DNA of 64,000 bases from a virus. The stretch is from the IMG/VR virus record IMGVR_UViG_3300012956_000025; one strand, given 5' to 3'. Below, piece by piece: positions 1 through 10,434 of the stretch (positions are counted from its first letter, which is position 1; the number at the start of each line of letters is the position of its first letter). A program made the translations under genes and the position numbers. Below the pieces are notes generated by a model. The model was not told where the DNA came from, searched no databases, and worked only from the letters and a program-made list of their open reading frames with translations.

Positions 1-2
1 AT

Positions 3-317
3 ACTCCTATACAAGTTCCTTATACTGGTACAATAACTGGTTGGGAGATAATGGCTTATGATGGTTCTAATGCACTTCTTACAACTTCAGTAGTTGTTGA
101 TATTTTATCAGATACATTTGCAAATTTACCATTAGCTGGAACAGACAGTATAGCAGGTACCGAAAAGCCAACTTTATCATCATCTTCTACAAATAGTGAT
201 AACACAATTACTACTTGGAGTAATATTACAGCTGGAAATTACATTCAAGCCGAAATAGAATCTGTTAGTGCAGGAACTAAAAAAGTAGTAGTAACAATAA
301 AACTAACTAAATCATAA
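3..317 (+). CDS. 5'-truncated tail/appendage-associated protein (C-terminal part)
   Basis: Frame is open from the window edge; Thr/Ser-rich beta-type sequence; TAATG-coupled to the next gene. Confidence 0.5.
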   Translation, partial: TPIQVPYTGTITGWEIMAYDGSNALLTTSVVVDILSDTFANLPLAGTDSIAGTEKPTLSSSSTNSDNTITTWSNITAGNYIQAEIESVSAGTKKVVVTIKLTKS

Positions 318-1486
318 TGGCTACAAGAGCAGACGTTTTATTTGCACAAACAACAGGACTAATACAATTTAATGGTGGTGGTACACAATATGTAGTACAA
401 AAAGCAAACGGAGACTTATTTATTTTTTATATAGATAGTGGTTCTGACGTAGCTTTTAAGTCATCTACTAATAATGGAATTACTTGGAGTAATCCTACTG
501 TAGTTTTTGCTGGTACAGTTACTGCCTTATCAGTCTGGTATGATAGATGGAGTGACATTGCTTCAGATATGGTGCGTGTAGCATATACTGAATCTGCTAC
601 GGATGATACATTATACAGAGGAGTTGATATCTCTGATACAGCTTTACCTGTTCAAGGAACTCAAACTTCAATATTTGCAGGTGTGTCTACAGCTACAGGT
701 GGTAACCTTTCAATAACAAGAGCAAGAGGTGGTAACCTATACTGTCATACTATGATAGACGCAGGTGCTGAAGGTGGATTTTATCGTTCAACTGATGCAG
801 GTGCAACTTGGGGCTCAAGAACGGTAAATGAAACATTAGCTACTACAGACCAAATTATACTATTACCAGGATGGGGAGCTGATAATCAAGATATTATGGC
901 TTTCTTTTGGGATGCTTCTGCTAATGAAATAAGCAGACAACTTCATGATGATTCAGCAAACACTTGGTCAGAAACCTCAATAGCGGCTTCAATGACAGAC
1001 CAAGTAGCAACAATAGCCTTCCCACATTTTGCAGCAACAGTCGACATAGCAAATAGCCAAAACTTGCTTGTAGCTTGGAGTAATGTGGATACGTTAAATT
1101 CTGATTTAAGATGCTGGACTGTAACAGACTCAGCTATCACAGAAGTTACTAACGTAGTATTAAATAGTACAGATGACCAAGGACTTGCAGCTATAGGTAT
1201 AGACACAACAACTGGACATTGGTATGTTTTTTATGGTGGTAAAAGTGATGGAAGTGAAGTTTATTTAACAAACATTAACATATACTATAAAAAATCTACT
1301 GATTCTGGAACAACTTGGGGTTCAGAAACTTTACTAACAACACGATTAAGAGATAGAACATGGTTAATATGCACACCGAGGTTTGTAAATCATTTTGGTG
1401 TAGCTTTCCATAGTGACGTTTCTTTAGATGAAATACACTACTCTGCAAAATTACCAACTACTGGCGGTTCAATAATGATAAACTAA
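317..1486 (+). CDS. BNR/Asp-box repeat (beta-propeller, sialidase-like fold) protein, probably virion-associated
   Basis: Three Asp-box-like motifs STNNGITW, STDAGATW, STDSGTTW. Confidence 0.65.
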   Translation: MATRADVLFAQTTGLIQFNGGGTQYVVQKANGDLFIFYIDSGSDVAFKSSTNNGITWSNPTVVFAGTVTALSVWYDRWSDIASDMVRVAYTESATDDTLYRGVDISDTALPVQGTQTSIFAGVSTATGGNLSITRARGGNLYCHTMIDAGAEGGFYRSTDAGATWGSRTVNETLATTDQIILLPGWGADNQDIMAFFWDASANEISRQLHDDSANTWSETSIAASMTDQVATIAFPHFAATVDIANSQNLLVAWSNVDTLNSDLRCWTVTDSAITEVTNVVLNSTDDQGLAAIGIDTTTGHWYVFYGGKSDGSEVYLTNINIYYKKSTDSGTTWGSETLLTTRLRDRTWLICTPRFVNHFGVAFHSDVSLDEIHYSAKLPTTGGSIMIN

Positions 1487-1488
1487 TA

Positions 1489-1520
1489 TTTGGTTATTCT
1501 AATATTATTTTATACATTTG
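1489..1520 (+). promoter_or_regulatory. Bacteroidota sigma70-type promoter (TTTG-N20-TACATTTG)
   Basis: Matches the TTTG(-33)/TAnnTTTG(-7) consensus; ATG follows 4 nt later. Confidence 0.7.
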
Positions 1521-1524
1521 TGAG

Positions 1525-2421
1525 ATGAAGTTATTATATCTTATGCCACACTGCTCTACAGGTGGTATGCCTCAATATACATTAAAACAAGCTCTATCCT
1601 TTAAGGATATCTTTGATATCTCTATAATAGAGGTTAATTATTATGGAGATATGTTTGTTGTACAGAGGAACCAATTTAAACAGAATTTTAACTTCCGGTC
1701 TCTATATGGAAAGGAAGAAAGATTGAAACAAGATATTCTTGATATAAATCCTGATATAATTCATATTCAGGAAGTTCCTGAGACATTTCTAAATAAAGAT
1801 TCTTTAGAGTTTCTTTATAATAAAAGCAGGAATTGGAATATTGTGGTTACAACTCATAGTTCTTTGACAAGAAAGAAAGATTTTACTTACATTCCAGATA
1901 GGATAGTTACTGTAAATAACTGGCAAAAAGAATTATTCCAGAAAGAGTTTCCTGAAACAGAGATAGATATGTGGGAGTATCCTATAGAAGATAAATGTAG
2001 TGCATTTGAAAAACTAAATGCAAAAGTAAAATTGGGATTAGACAGTAGAAATAATAGGCTTAATATTCTAAATGTAGGACTATTTACTCCGGGAAAAAAT
2101 CAAGGAGAATTATTTGAGATAGCTAGAAAGAACCCTCAAAATACCTACCACTTTGTTGGTAATCAAGCTCCTAACTTCGAGTATTATTGGAAACCCTTGA
2201 TGAAGAATATTCCAAGAAACTGTAAAGTGTGGGGAGAAACAAGTGACGTTGATTTATTCTATAAAGCATGTGACGAATTTTACTTTACGTCTAAATTTGA
2301 GTTAAATCCAATAGTTATAAAAGAAGCACTTTCTTATGGATTACCTGTGAAGATGAGAAAGCTTGAGACATATGGAGATTTCTATGATAATAATCCATTA
2401 GTAACTTATATAAATGACTAA
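1525..2421 (+). CDS. Glycosyltransferase, GT4-like (GT-B)
   Basis: N-terminal STGGMPQY; NVGLFTPGKNQ; C-terminal SKFELNPIVIKEALSYGLPV (E-x7-E motif). Confidence 0.85.
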   Translation: MKLLYLMPHCSTGGMPQYTLKQALSFKDIFDISIIEVNYYGDMFVVQRNQFKQNFNFRSLYGKEERLKQDILDINPDIIHIQEVPETFLNKDSLEFLYNKSRNWNIVVTTHSSLTRKKDFTYIPDRIVTVNNWQKELFQKEFPETEIDMWEYPIEDKCSAFEKLNAKVKLGLDSRNNRLNILNVGLFTPGKNQGELFEIARKNPQNTYHFVGNQAPNFEYYWKPLMKNIPRNCKVWGETSDVDLFYKACDEFYFTSKFELNPIVIKEALSYGLPVKMRKLETYGDFYDNNPLVTYIND

Positions 2422-2427
2422 AAACCA

Positions 2428-4206
2428 ATGATTTACGATAACTTGAAGAAGCAGGATGTTGTTAAGAATAATTATAACAAGCTTATAAATCTTGTTAAGG
2501 AAGAAATAGAAGTACAGAATATATACGAAAAATATTTCTCTGTAGAAGAAGGTGATATAATTGTTGATATAGGAGCAAACATAGGTATATTCTCCAAGAA
2601 ATTTAAGGATAAAGCGTCTAAGATATACGCACTTGAACCAGACCCACTTTTCCTAAATGAACTGCAGAAAATAAAAGGAATAGCAGCTATTCCTGTAGGT
2701 ATTTCCTATAAGGATGGAGAATCTCTAATAAAGTCTGATGGTCATGCCAACTCAATAGGTAAGGGAGATATATCTATCAGAACAATAAAGTTTACTACCT
2801 TTCTACAAAAATATAAGATTAAGAAAATTGACTTCTTAAAGATGGATTGTGAGGGAGCTGAATATGATATATTTACAGAAGAAAATGTAGAATGGTTATC
2901 GAAGAACTGTAAAAATATTGCAGGAGAGTTCCATTTACATAATGATGAGTCAAGAATTAAGCTAATTCTAACCCTACTTTACTTTGAAAAATACGGACTT
3001 CCTTATAAAATTACTTCTGTAGATGGATTTGAGATAACAAAAGATTCACTACTTAAAAATATCAATTTTTACTCAGAAGTGTTATTTTATGTAAGTAAAT
3101 CTATCAATAATAGTCCTGATATAACAGTATCATTCTACAAACGTCCTAGTATTACAATGAGAGGTGGATATGGCATATACACTGTTCTGTTTAAAAACAA
3201 CGCTACAGGAGAAGTGTTATATTCTGCAAAACTAGATGCTAGTGACAGCTCTGCCTCAACTTACTATGAATACTATATCCCTTGGAAGATAGAAGTATAT
3301 AATCCATCCGGAAAGTTAGAGAAAGAATTTGTAAATAATTTGGAAGGAAAGAAAGTTCTTATAAATATAACGAGTACTAGTTTAGGAGATACTTTGGCAT
3401 GGATACCATATGTTGAGGAGTTCCGTAAGACACATAATTGTGAAATGTACTGTTCTACCTCTCTAAATCATTTGTTTACAGAGACTTATGAAAAAATTAA
3501 TTTTGTCCAACCCGGAGTACCAGTAGAGACTTCTTGCTATTATGAAATAGGTTGGTTCTATGATAAGGAATTTAATAAGTTTAAGCATCCACTAGACCCA
3601 AGACCACAAAGAATGCAGAAAACTGCAAGTGATATATTAGGACTTGAATATAAAGAGATAAAGCCAAAAATAGTATTACCTGACGTTACTGAAAAAAATA
3701 CTATAACTTTAGGATATCATGCTACATCTCAGGCAAAGTATTGGAACAATCCTACAGGCTGGCAAGAGACAGTTAATTATATAAATTCAGTAGGATATAC
3801 TCCAGTTCTTTTATCCAGAGAGCCTAGTGGATTCAATGGAAACAAAAATCCTGAGGGAGTATTAATTCCACAATCATTTGATTTACAGGATATTATAAAA
3901 AAGATATGTGAATCTAAGCTCTTTATAGGTATTGGGAGTGGGTTAAGTTGGTTAGCTTGGGCATGTGATGTTCCTGTAATTCTTGTGTCTGGCTTCTCTA
4001 ATGATGAAACAGAGATGAAAGATTGTATTAGAATATCAGCCCCTGAAAATACTTGTAACGGATGTTTTAACAAATACATATTTGATAGAACTGACTGGAA
4101 TTGGTGTCCTGTAAATAAGGGAACAAATAAAGAATTTGAGTGTACAAAGAAAATAACTTCTAAAGTTATTATTGACAAGATAAATCAAATCCTTAACATT
4201 AAATAA
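2428..4206 (+). CDS. FkbM-family methyltransferase fused to an Aah/TibC-like (autotransporter heptosyltransferase-like) glycosyltransferase
   Basis: VDIGANIG and FLKMDCEGAE (FkbM); SLGDTLAWIPY, FIGIGSGLSWLAWA, VILVSGFS; Cys cluster CNGC..WCP..FEC resembling the BAHT iron finger. Confidence 0.8.
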   Translation: MIYDNLKKQDVVKNNYNKLINLVKEEIEVQNIYEKYFSVEEGDIIVDIGANIGIFSKKFKDKASKIYALEPDPLFLNELQKIKGIAAIPVGISYKDGESLIKSDGHANSIGKGDISIRTIKFTTFLQKYKIKKIDFLKMDCEGAEYDIFTEENVEWLSKNCKNIAGEFHLHNDESRIKLILTLLYFEKYGLPYKITSVDGFEITKDSLLKNINFYSEVLFYVSKSINNSPDITVSFYKRPSITMRGGYGIYTVLFKNNATGEVLYSAKLDASDSSASTYYEYYIPWKIEVYNPSGKLEKEFVNNLEGKKVLINITSTSLGDTLAWIPYVEEFRKTHNCEMYCSTSLNHLFTETYEKINFVQPGVPVETSCYYEIGWFYDKEFNKFKHPLDPRPQRMQKTASDILGLEYKEIKPKIVLPDVTEKNTITLGYHATSQAKYWNNPTGWQETVNYINSVGYTPVLLSREPSGFNGNKNPEGVLIPQSFDLQDIIKKICESKLFIGIGSGLSWLAWACDVPVILVSGFSNDETEMKDCIRISAPENTCNGCFNKYIFDRTDWNWCPVNKGTNKEFECTKKITSKVIIDKINQILNIK

Positions 4207-4207
4207 A

Positions 4208-4239
4208 TTTGGAGAAAACACAAAAATTGTGTATATTAA
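4208..4239 (+). promoter_or_regulatory. Variant promoter TTTG-N20-TATATTAA
   Basis: Same spacing as the Bacteroidota promoter; the variant recurs at 19436, 21177(-) and 61971. Confidence 0.5.
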
Positions 4240-4263
4240 TATAGCTAGTTAAATGGTAAAATT

Positions 4264-4671
4264 ATGAAAAAGTGGATTAACGAAAATAAGTGGACAGCAG
4301 TTTTAATTGCATTTGTTATTGTAATACTTGGTATCTCTCTTTATGAGTTCTTGTTTACCAGAGATTGCAAAGAATGTATTAGTGGCTGGGAAACACTCAA
4401 ACAGCAAACAGGTGGATTTTGGTTAGGTGCAGTGCTTTCCTCTTTAGGTATAGCAGGTATAGTACATTTCTTAGTTAAAAAACTAAGAGCAAGTGGTGGA
4501 ATTGGAGTAGGCTATGGTAGCTTAGTAGCAATAGCTGTTTTACTTTCAGTAGCTTGGGGAAAAGGTTGTACAGATAAAGCTAATGATGGGGTTACATCTG
4601 GTAAAGGTCGTAATAACCCTGTTCAGGTAGACTCATCAAGAGTTCCAGCTGAAGACTTACTAAAGAAATGA
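4264..4671 (+). CDS. Hypothetical membrane protein (3 hydrophobic segments)
   Basis: Hydrophobic stretches; ATGA overlap with the next gene. Confidence 0.6.
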   Translation: MKKWINENKWTAVLIAFVIVILGISLYEFLFTRDCKECISGWETLKQQTGGFWLGAVLSSLGIAGIVHFLVKKLRASGGIGVGYGSLVAIAVLLSVAWGKGCTDKANDGVTSGKGRNNPVQVDSSRVPAEDLLKK

Positions 4672-5099
4672 TAATAGGGGTAATACTTGCCATACTATGG
4701 TTTATACTTATCCTATATATTGATATACAGTCTGACTATAAAAGACTGGAAACCAATACTATAAATCATAAAAGAGGGGCTATTCTAAGAAGTGTAGCCC
4801 TTCTTCCTACATATATGTGCTTACTCTTTCCTGTATATGGTCTGGCGTGGTGGATAATACTACTAAAAGCTATATCTGTAGGAATAATAATAGCATCTGT
4901 CTGGTGGGAATTTTTTGACGGACTTCTAAATAAAAAAAGAGGGAAGCCTTGGAGATACAATGGAAGTGACGATGATAATGATGCAGTATTAGATAACTTC
5001 CTACAAAAATATACTCCAAAACAGCAGATGATGATAAAGTGGGGATTAATCTTGATATCTATAATTTCATATATATGTATTATACACCTGAGCAAATAG
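4668..5099 (+). CDS. Hypothetical membrane protein
   Basis: Three to four hydrophobic segments. Confidence 0.6.
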   Translation: MIIGVILAILWFILILYIDIQSDYKRLETNTINHKRGAILRSVALLPTYMCLLFPVYGLAWWIILLKAISVGIIIASVWWEFFDGLLNKKRGKPWRYNGSDDDNDAVLDNFLQKYTPKQQMMIKWGLILISIISYICIIHLSK

Positions 5100-5215
5100 A
5101 GAAGAAAATCAAAGAACTGGAGAAGAAGATACGTTGTTTAACAGGTACTGTTAATGGTCTTACTACAACAACTACAACAACCAGCTCTACAACTACAACA
5201 ACTACTACTCCGTAA
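5075..5215 (+). CDS. 46-aa coiled-coil + Thr-tract peptide (not in the ORF track)
   Basis: Translates as MYYTPEQIEKKIKELEKKIRCLTGTVNGLTTTTTTTSSTTTTTTTP*; stop overlaps the next ATG (TAATG). Confidence 0.65.
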   Translation: MYYTPEQIEKKIKELEKKIRCLTGTVNGLTTTTTTTSSTTTTTTTP

Positions 5216-6468
5216 TGAATATTTGTAACTGTCTACTAGATTTACAAGCCTTATTTTGTGATATTCCCTTTAAATGGAGAAAAGGAATAGTAGATGCTAT
5301 ATGTTATATAAATTCTAATAGAAAGAGTACATGTGAGTGCTTTGATAAATGTGAGACATTAACCTCTCTCTCCGGATTTACTTTAGTTGGTTCAATTTTA
5401 TCTATTAACTATAAAGATGAAAACGGGCAAACTAGTACATCATCAGTTGACTTAAATGACGCATTAGATAACTTATTAGATGGAGTAGACCCAAAATGCC
5501 TGATGTCTCAGGAAACATGGGATGAATTATCTCCATCTGAGAGAATTCAGTTTATAATATCTGCCCACTGTGGATGCTGTTCAACAATAACTACCACTTC
5601 AACAACTACCACAACAACATCTCCTTATATATATTATCTTGCTGATGAGTATACTTGTTTGGAGGGGAATTGTGTTTTAGTGGCAAAGAACGTTCTTATA
5701 TATGTACCTAACGGATTCATTTTCAGTCCTTTATATTACTATCAAGGAGTAGATAATCCAGATTCATATTACCAAATTGTAGGATTAGGTTCTCCTAATT
5801 CAGGTGCAGTTACTATAGATGGTGACGTATACTCTTTAGATTGCAGTTCATTTTGTCCGGCAGCTACTACAACAACATCCACAAGTACATCTACAACATC
5901 TAGTACAACTACAACAAGTAGCACTACATCTACCACAACTACTACTACAGAGGCACCATGCGTATGTCATGAGTACTTTGTGGAAACAAGTGTTCCTGTA
6001 TCATTTAGTTATGTAGATTGCTATACTGATACTCTGATGAACGTAGTGTTAGGAGAAGGTGCAGTATACTACTTCTGTACATGTCCTGATACATTAGATA
6101 TTGAGATTGTGCCCGGAGTAACATTAAATGATTTAGGAGAGGGTTGTTCAGGAACTACAACTACCACTACAACAACAAGTTCTACAACAACTACGACTAC
6201 TGCAGAACCAACTACGACAACAACAAGTACGTCTACAACAACTACTAGTTCGTCTACAACAACTACAACAACGGCTGCTCCCCCTAGCTGTAAGTTATAT
6301 CAGGTACAAGCAACTCCTGAGATAAGTGTAGAGTGGGAGGATTGTGAGAGTGGAGTTATTTTATCTACAACAGTTGTAGGTGGAGGTACTCAAAATATCT
6401 GTGCAAGAGAGGGAAGCATGTCACAAACTGGAGGTTCAGGAACGATAACAGAAGGAGATAATTGTTAA
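5215..6468 (+). CDS. Cys-rich protein with mucin-like Thr/Ser tracts (putative virion decoration/fibre)
   Basis: Several poly-Thr/Ser linkers between small Cys-rich domains; N-terminal domain paralogous to 6473..7285. Confidence 0.65.
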   Translation: MNICNCLLDLQALFCDIPFKWRKGIVDAICYINSNRKSTCECFDKCETLTSLSGFTLVGSILSINYKDENGQTSTSSVDLNDALDNLLDGVDPKCLMSQETWDELSPSERIQFIISAHCGCCSTITTTSTTTTTTSPYIYYLADEYTCLEGNCVLVAKNVLIYVPNGFIFSPLYYYQGVDNPDSYYQIVGLGSPNSGAVTIDGDVYSLDCSSFCPAATTTTSTSTSTTSSTTTTSSTTSTTTTTTEAPCVCHEYFVETSVPVSFSYVDCYTDTLMNVVLGEGAVYYFCTCPDTLDIEIVPGVTLNDLGEGCSGTTTTTTTTSSTTTTTTAEPTTTTTSTSTTTTSSSTTTTTTAAPPSCKLYQVQATPEISVEWEDCESGVILSTTVVGGGTQNICAREGSMSQTGGSGTITEGDNC

Positions 6469-6472
6469 TAAT

Positions 6473-7285
6473 ATGATAGACAAAAACAAGATAAAAGAGT
6501 ATCTCAAAGATTTACCCTCTAAGTGGAGGGATAAATTAACGGATTTACTATACGATATAGGGAATGACAAAGAGTGTCCCTCCTGTGAGGAAATAAAAGA
6601 GTGTGAAACATTGACTTCACTCTCTGACTTCACCATATCAGGAACAAGTGTATCTGTTCAGTATAAAGACGAGAATGGAGTTACTGTTACTCGGTCATTT
6701 GACTTATCGACAGTATTATCTAATTATCTCGATTTAGATGCAAGCTGCTTAACAGATGAAACAACTTGGAATAATCTATCTTTAGGAGAGCGTATACAAT
6801 TATTAATAGATAGTCACTGTGATTGCTGTGGAGAACCTACAACAACCACAACAACAACATCTACTTCTACAACAAGTACATCTACAACAAGTACATCTAC
6901 GACTACTAGTTCCTCTACAACAACAACAACTACAGCAGCTCCTGAGTTAGTTTACTATGGTGCAAAAGCTTTAGGTGCAGCTCCAGATGAAGCAGAGATA
7001 TTATTGGGTATATCATCTGCACAAGACGGAAGTACTGATGTTACAGTAGATTGGACCTCATTCAATGGTACTCCTCAGTATTTATGGTGGGCAATACCAG
7101 ACTTGAGTCCTTCACATGACAAAAACGCTTGGTATGCCACTGTTATAAACAATGGTAATATGGGGAATCCGGGAGATTTATTTGAATCTATTACTACCGT
7201 AAATGTAGGAGGTCAGGATTATTTTGTGGGAATTACAGCTTATCAGACTCAGTTTGTCACAACTTGTGATATCATAAAAATATAA
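6473..7285 (+). CDS. Paralog of the preceding protein, with one Thr/Ser tract
   Basis: Shared motifs P.KWR, CETLTSLS.FT, YKDENG, ERIQ..I..HC.CC. Confidence 0.65.
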   Translation: MIDKNKIKEYLKDLPSKWRDKLTDLLYDIGNDKECPSCEEIKECETLTSLSDFTISGTSVSVQYKDENGVTVTRSFDLSTVLSNYLDLDASCLTDETTWNNLSLGERIQLLIDSHCDCCGEPTTTTTTTSTSTTSTSTTSTSTTTSSSTTTTTTAAPELVYYGAKALGAAPDEAEILLGISSAQDGSTDVTVDWTSFNGTPQYLWWAIPDLSPSHDKNAWYATVINNGNMGNPGDLFESITTVNVGGQDYFVGITAYQTQFVTTCDIIKI

Positions 7286-7287
7286 TC

Positions 7288-7803
7288 ATGGCTATAACTA
7301 TTAATGACAATTTTAGCAATAATTCACCCAAACACCTAGATGCAAAGTATGCTCCGGGAACAGGTGCTAGTGCTATATATGCCTCAACTGCAGCTGCAAT
7401 TGCTGCTGTTCCATCAGCATATAGAGCAAAAGGTTTAACCGTTTTTGTTACAGTTGGAGGAAGCAATCTTGAATACTGGTGGAGAGATGGAATATTAGAT
7501 GGGGATTTGATATTAAAAACGCCTGTAATAAGTTATGATGAATATCTCTTAGCAGCTAATGATACAATAGATAATCCCCAACCAATACTTAATGGTCAAA
7601 CATATACTGTTAAGATAACTCAGGGAGGAACAGGCAATTATACAGTTACGTGGGATACCAAATTCAAGTTTAGTTTGTCACAACCTGAACCAGTTCTATC
7701 AACAGATGTTGGTGCTATAGATATATTAAGATTTATATATGATTTAACAGATGACACTTTTTATTGTGTATCTCAGTCTTTAGGTTTTAACCAATCAGTT
7801 TAA
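7288..7803 (+). CDS. Tail-fibre-associated protein
   Basis: TQGGTGNYTVTW...PVLST..GAIDILRF module typical of phage fibre termini. Confidence 0.5.
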   Translation: MAITINDNFSNNSPKHLDAKYAPGTGASAIYASTAAAIAAVPSAYRAKGLTVFVTVGGSNLEYWWRDGILDGDLILKTPVISYDEYLLAANDTIDNPQPILNGQTYTVKITQGGTGNYTVTWDTKFKFSLSQPEPVLSTDVGAIDILRFIYDLTDDTFYCVSQSLGFNQSV

Positions 7804-7812
7804 TAAAAATTT

Positions 7813-10434
7813 ATGAAGAAAATATTATTTCTTTTAGTGATGTTATGTTTAGGAGCTACAATACAAGCTCAGACCAATATTATGCAGGTAACCAAGTTTA
7901 TAAGAACTGCCAAAATAGGAGGTTCTTATGTAATTCAGGTTAATACCAACGGTGCCAATAACTGGGTAACTGTTGGCGGTGGGATAGACGATGTTCTGGC
8001 AATGAATCAACCACTATCAGCACACAGAGCTATAAGCGGGGGTGCTGCTTATCGGAATTTATGGATTGATTCAGTAACAAATTTTGTAGTTAGGTCAGTA
8101 AGTAGTATAGCCTTAGAGGAACGGTATACTTTTGCCGGACATACACTATTTTCGAGTTTTGCCACAAGTGCAGGAGCTACTTCAATACTTTCTTCAAATA
8201 TTCCTAATGATACGCTTTCGTCAATAAGCACAGAGTATATCAATGGAGTTACTCTCTATTCCTCACTTCGAAACTTTAAAGTTAATAAGCTACGGACTGT
8301 TTCCAATATGTCAAATAAACTGATAATGACATGGGATAGCACAACAAATGATTGGGAAGCAGCACTGCTTGACAGTATTATTGTTCTAGGAGCAGGAAGT
8401 GGTATTGCTTCATTAGGTAACTCACCTTACGGGCTAACTAAGCCGAATGACAGTACTTATACAGCAGATAGTAGTTTGTTAGCAACCAGATTGAGACTAA
8501 AGCACGTAAATGACTCAACAGCGGCAGCATTGACAGCAGAAATCGGAACACGATTAGAAATTGCTGATACTACTGATATGCTTACTCCTTATTTAAGAAA
8601 AATTGATACAACTGGGAAATGGATTGGTTCTGGATGGCTTTCATTGTTTGTAAAATATGGAGATACTACTAGTACTATTGCAACCCGTACATGGGTAGGC
8701 TCACAAGGATATGTAACAACAAGGGACAGACTTGGCTTTTCCGGTGAGGACGTAACAGCAAGTGCTAACAGAACATTCAATCTGAACAACAACAAACTTG
8801 ACCTTGACTCTGGCTCATTTCATATAAAAGCAAAAGTAACATCACCACGTTCAGATGATATATTTTCGGTTGGCTCTGGTACTATTAAAGCATTTTATAT
8901 AGATAGTTTGCGTAAAACTTACGCTACTGAACTGTACGCTGGTAGTGGTTCGTTTTATGTTATTGGTGGACTTGTAGCCTTTAATGGTACAGATATAAGA
9001 TTAAATGGAACAACTAAGTTTTCAAGTTTTCAAAAGAAATTTCAGTTTATTAAAGAATATCCTGCATTGCTGGATAGTATTGGTGCAGAGTTTTCAAATG
9101 ACACGCTTAATATTTCTACTTTGGGTTCGTCTTTTGCAAATAATTATAGAATAGTCTCAATGAAGTACAAAAGCGGTGTAGATAATTCAGAGACAGAAAG
9201 ATTTGATTTCAGAGGTAATGGTGATTTCAACATCACCGGAACCGGGGCAATTAAAATAAATGTTGGTAATACGAGTCAACGTCCTGCTACTCCAACAACA
9301 GGTATGACAAGGATAAATACCGATAGTATTGGTGCTGGTTATGGGTTGGAGTATTACAACGGTACTGCTTGGGTAAACAACCGGACAGCAGGTGGTGTAT
9401 CGGATGGATATGTGAGTAGTGGTAGTTTCGATGTATCAAATGATTACTTAACATTAGTTCAGACTGGTGCATCAAATGTTTATATAAGAATACCTCCGTC
9501 ACGTTTGCTCAATCCGATTCGTCCAGATAGTTTATTGAGGAAACTTAGTGGGGATTCTTCTGCAATGCTAAAAATACCTATTGTTGCATCTGCAAATAAT
9601 AAATTATCAATCAGCCAGACAATTACGGATTCAACAGTAGTTAATACCATTACTGTAAACGAAGCAAACTTCACTGGAATACCACAGTCAGGAGTAACTA
9701 ATCTTACTACTGATTTAGGAAATAAATTGAACATAAGTGACACGGCAAATAAATGGATTACCCATTTATACAGAAAACCCGGTACTGATTCTGTTTTCTA
9801 TGTCAAGGGTGGTACACATACGTTTACATTTAAAGATTCTATAAGTACATCGGGCGGTGGCGGTAGTGGAATTAGTATTTTAGGTAATACTGGGAACCTA
9901 TGGCTTACAAGAGTTAATGACAGTACCTATGCAGTTGATTCAGCAACTTTATTTGACTACGGTTTAAGAAGAAATGACAGTGCTTCGGCAGCTAATTTAA
10001 CAGGGTTTACTACTGATACATATCTTAGAAATTTTGTAAAAATAGATACAACTACACTTGCATCTTTTGGGGCAGGTGGAGGGCAAGCAGGTGATACAAC
10101 GGCTTTTAGCACATCTACTATTTATGGCTCGTTTTACAATGATGGTATTGATACTTTAGTGATTACCTCAATGAGAGGAATATTACAAGGCACTTCACCA
10201 TCGGTTACTTATGATGTGTATTATAATGATAGTTTGAATGTAACAGCCGGGGCAAGCAAACTTGTAACAGCAGGAACAGCGTTGACTAATACGGCTACGG
10301 GTGCAGCAGTTACGTCATTCAATAATACTAAAATCCCTCCGGGGGTATGGGTGTGGGTAAAGACCACTACTGTAACAACTAAACCAACATACTTTTCATT
10401 ATCTTTAATAGGTTATAAATCACGTAAAGCATGA
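7813..10434 (+). CDS. Large signal-peptide protein with tail-fibre-like segments
   Basis: Sec signal MKKILFLLVMLCLGATIQA|Q; fibre-like GNTSQRPATPTTGMTRINT..LEYYNGTAW; ~25 D-S/T-(A/I/L/V/T) motifs. Confidence 0.6.
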   Translation: MKKILFLLVMLCLGATIQAQTNIMQVTKFIRTAKIGGSYVIQVNTNGANNWVTVGGGIDDVLAMNQPLSAHRAISGGAAYRNLWIDSVTNFVVRSVSSIALEERYTFAGHTLFSSFATSAGATSILSSNIPNDTLSSISTEYINGVTLYSSLRNFKVNKLRTVSNMSNKLIMTWDSTTNDWEAALLDSIIVLGAGSGIASLGNSPYGLTKPNDSTYTADSSLLATRLRLKHVNDSTAAALTAEIGTRLEIADTTDMLTPYLRKIDTTGKWIGSGWLSLFVKYGDTTSTIATRTWVGSQGYVTTRDRLGFSGEDVTASANRTFNLNNNKLDLDSGSFHIKAKVTSPRSDDIFSVGSGTIKAFYIDSLRKTYATELYAGSGSFYVIGGLVAFNGTDIRLNGTTKFSSFQKKFQFIKEYPALLDSIGAEFSNDTLNISTLGSSFANNYRIVSMKYKSGVDNSETERFDFRGNGDFNITGTGAIKINVGNTSQRPATPTTGMTRINTDSIGAGYGLEYYNGTAWVNNRTAGGVSDGYVSSGSFDVSNDYLTLVQTGASNVYIRIPPSRLLNPIRPDSLLRKLSGDSSAMLKIPIVASANNKLSISQTITDSTVVNTITVNEANFTGIPQSGVTNLTTDLGNKLNISDTANKWITHLYRKPGTDSVFYVKGGTHTFTFKDSISTSGGGGSGISILGNTGNLWLTRVNDSTYAVDSATLFDYGLRRNDSASAANLTGFTTDTYLRNFVKIDTTTLASFGAGGGQAGDTTAFSTSTIYGSFYNDGIDTLVITSMRGILQGTSPSVTYDVYYNDSLNVTAGASKLVTAGTALTNTATGAAVTSFNNTKIPPGVWVWVKTTTVTTKPTYFSLSLIGYKSRKA

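Noticed and set aside
5160..6940. ACA/ACT-rich repeats as a CRISPR array or microsatellite
   Set aside because: They are in-frame Thr/Ser codons with synonymous variation; there is no repeat-spacer periodicity and no cas genes.
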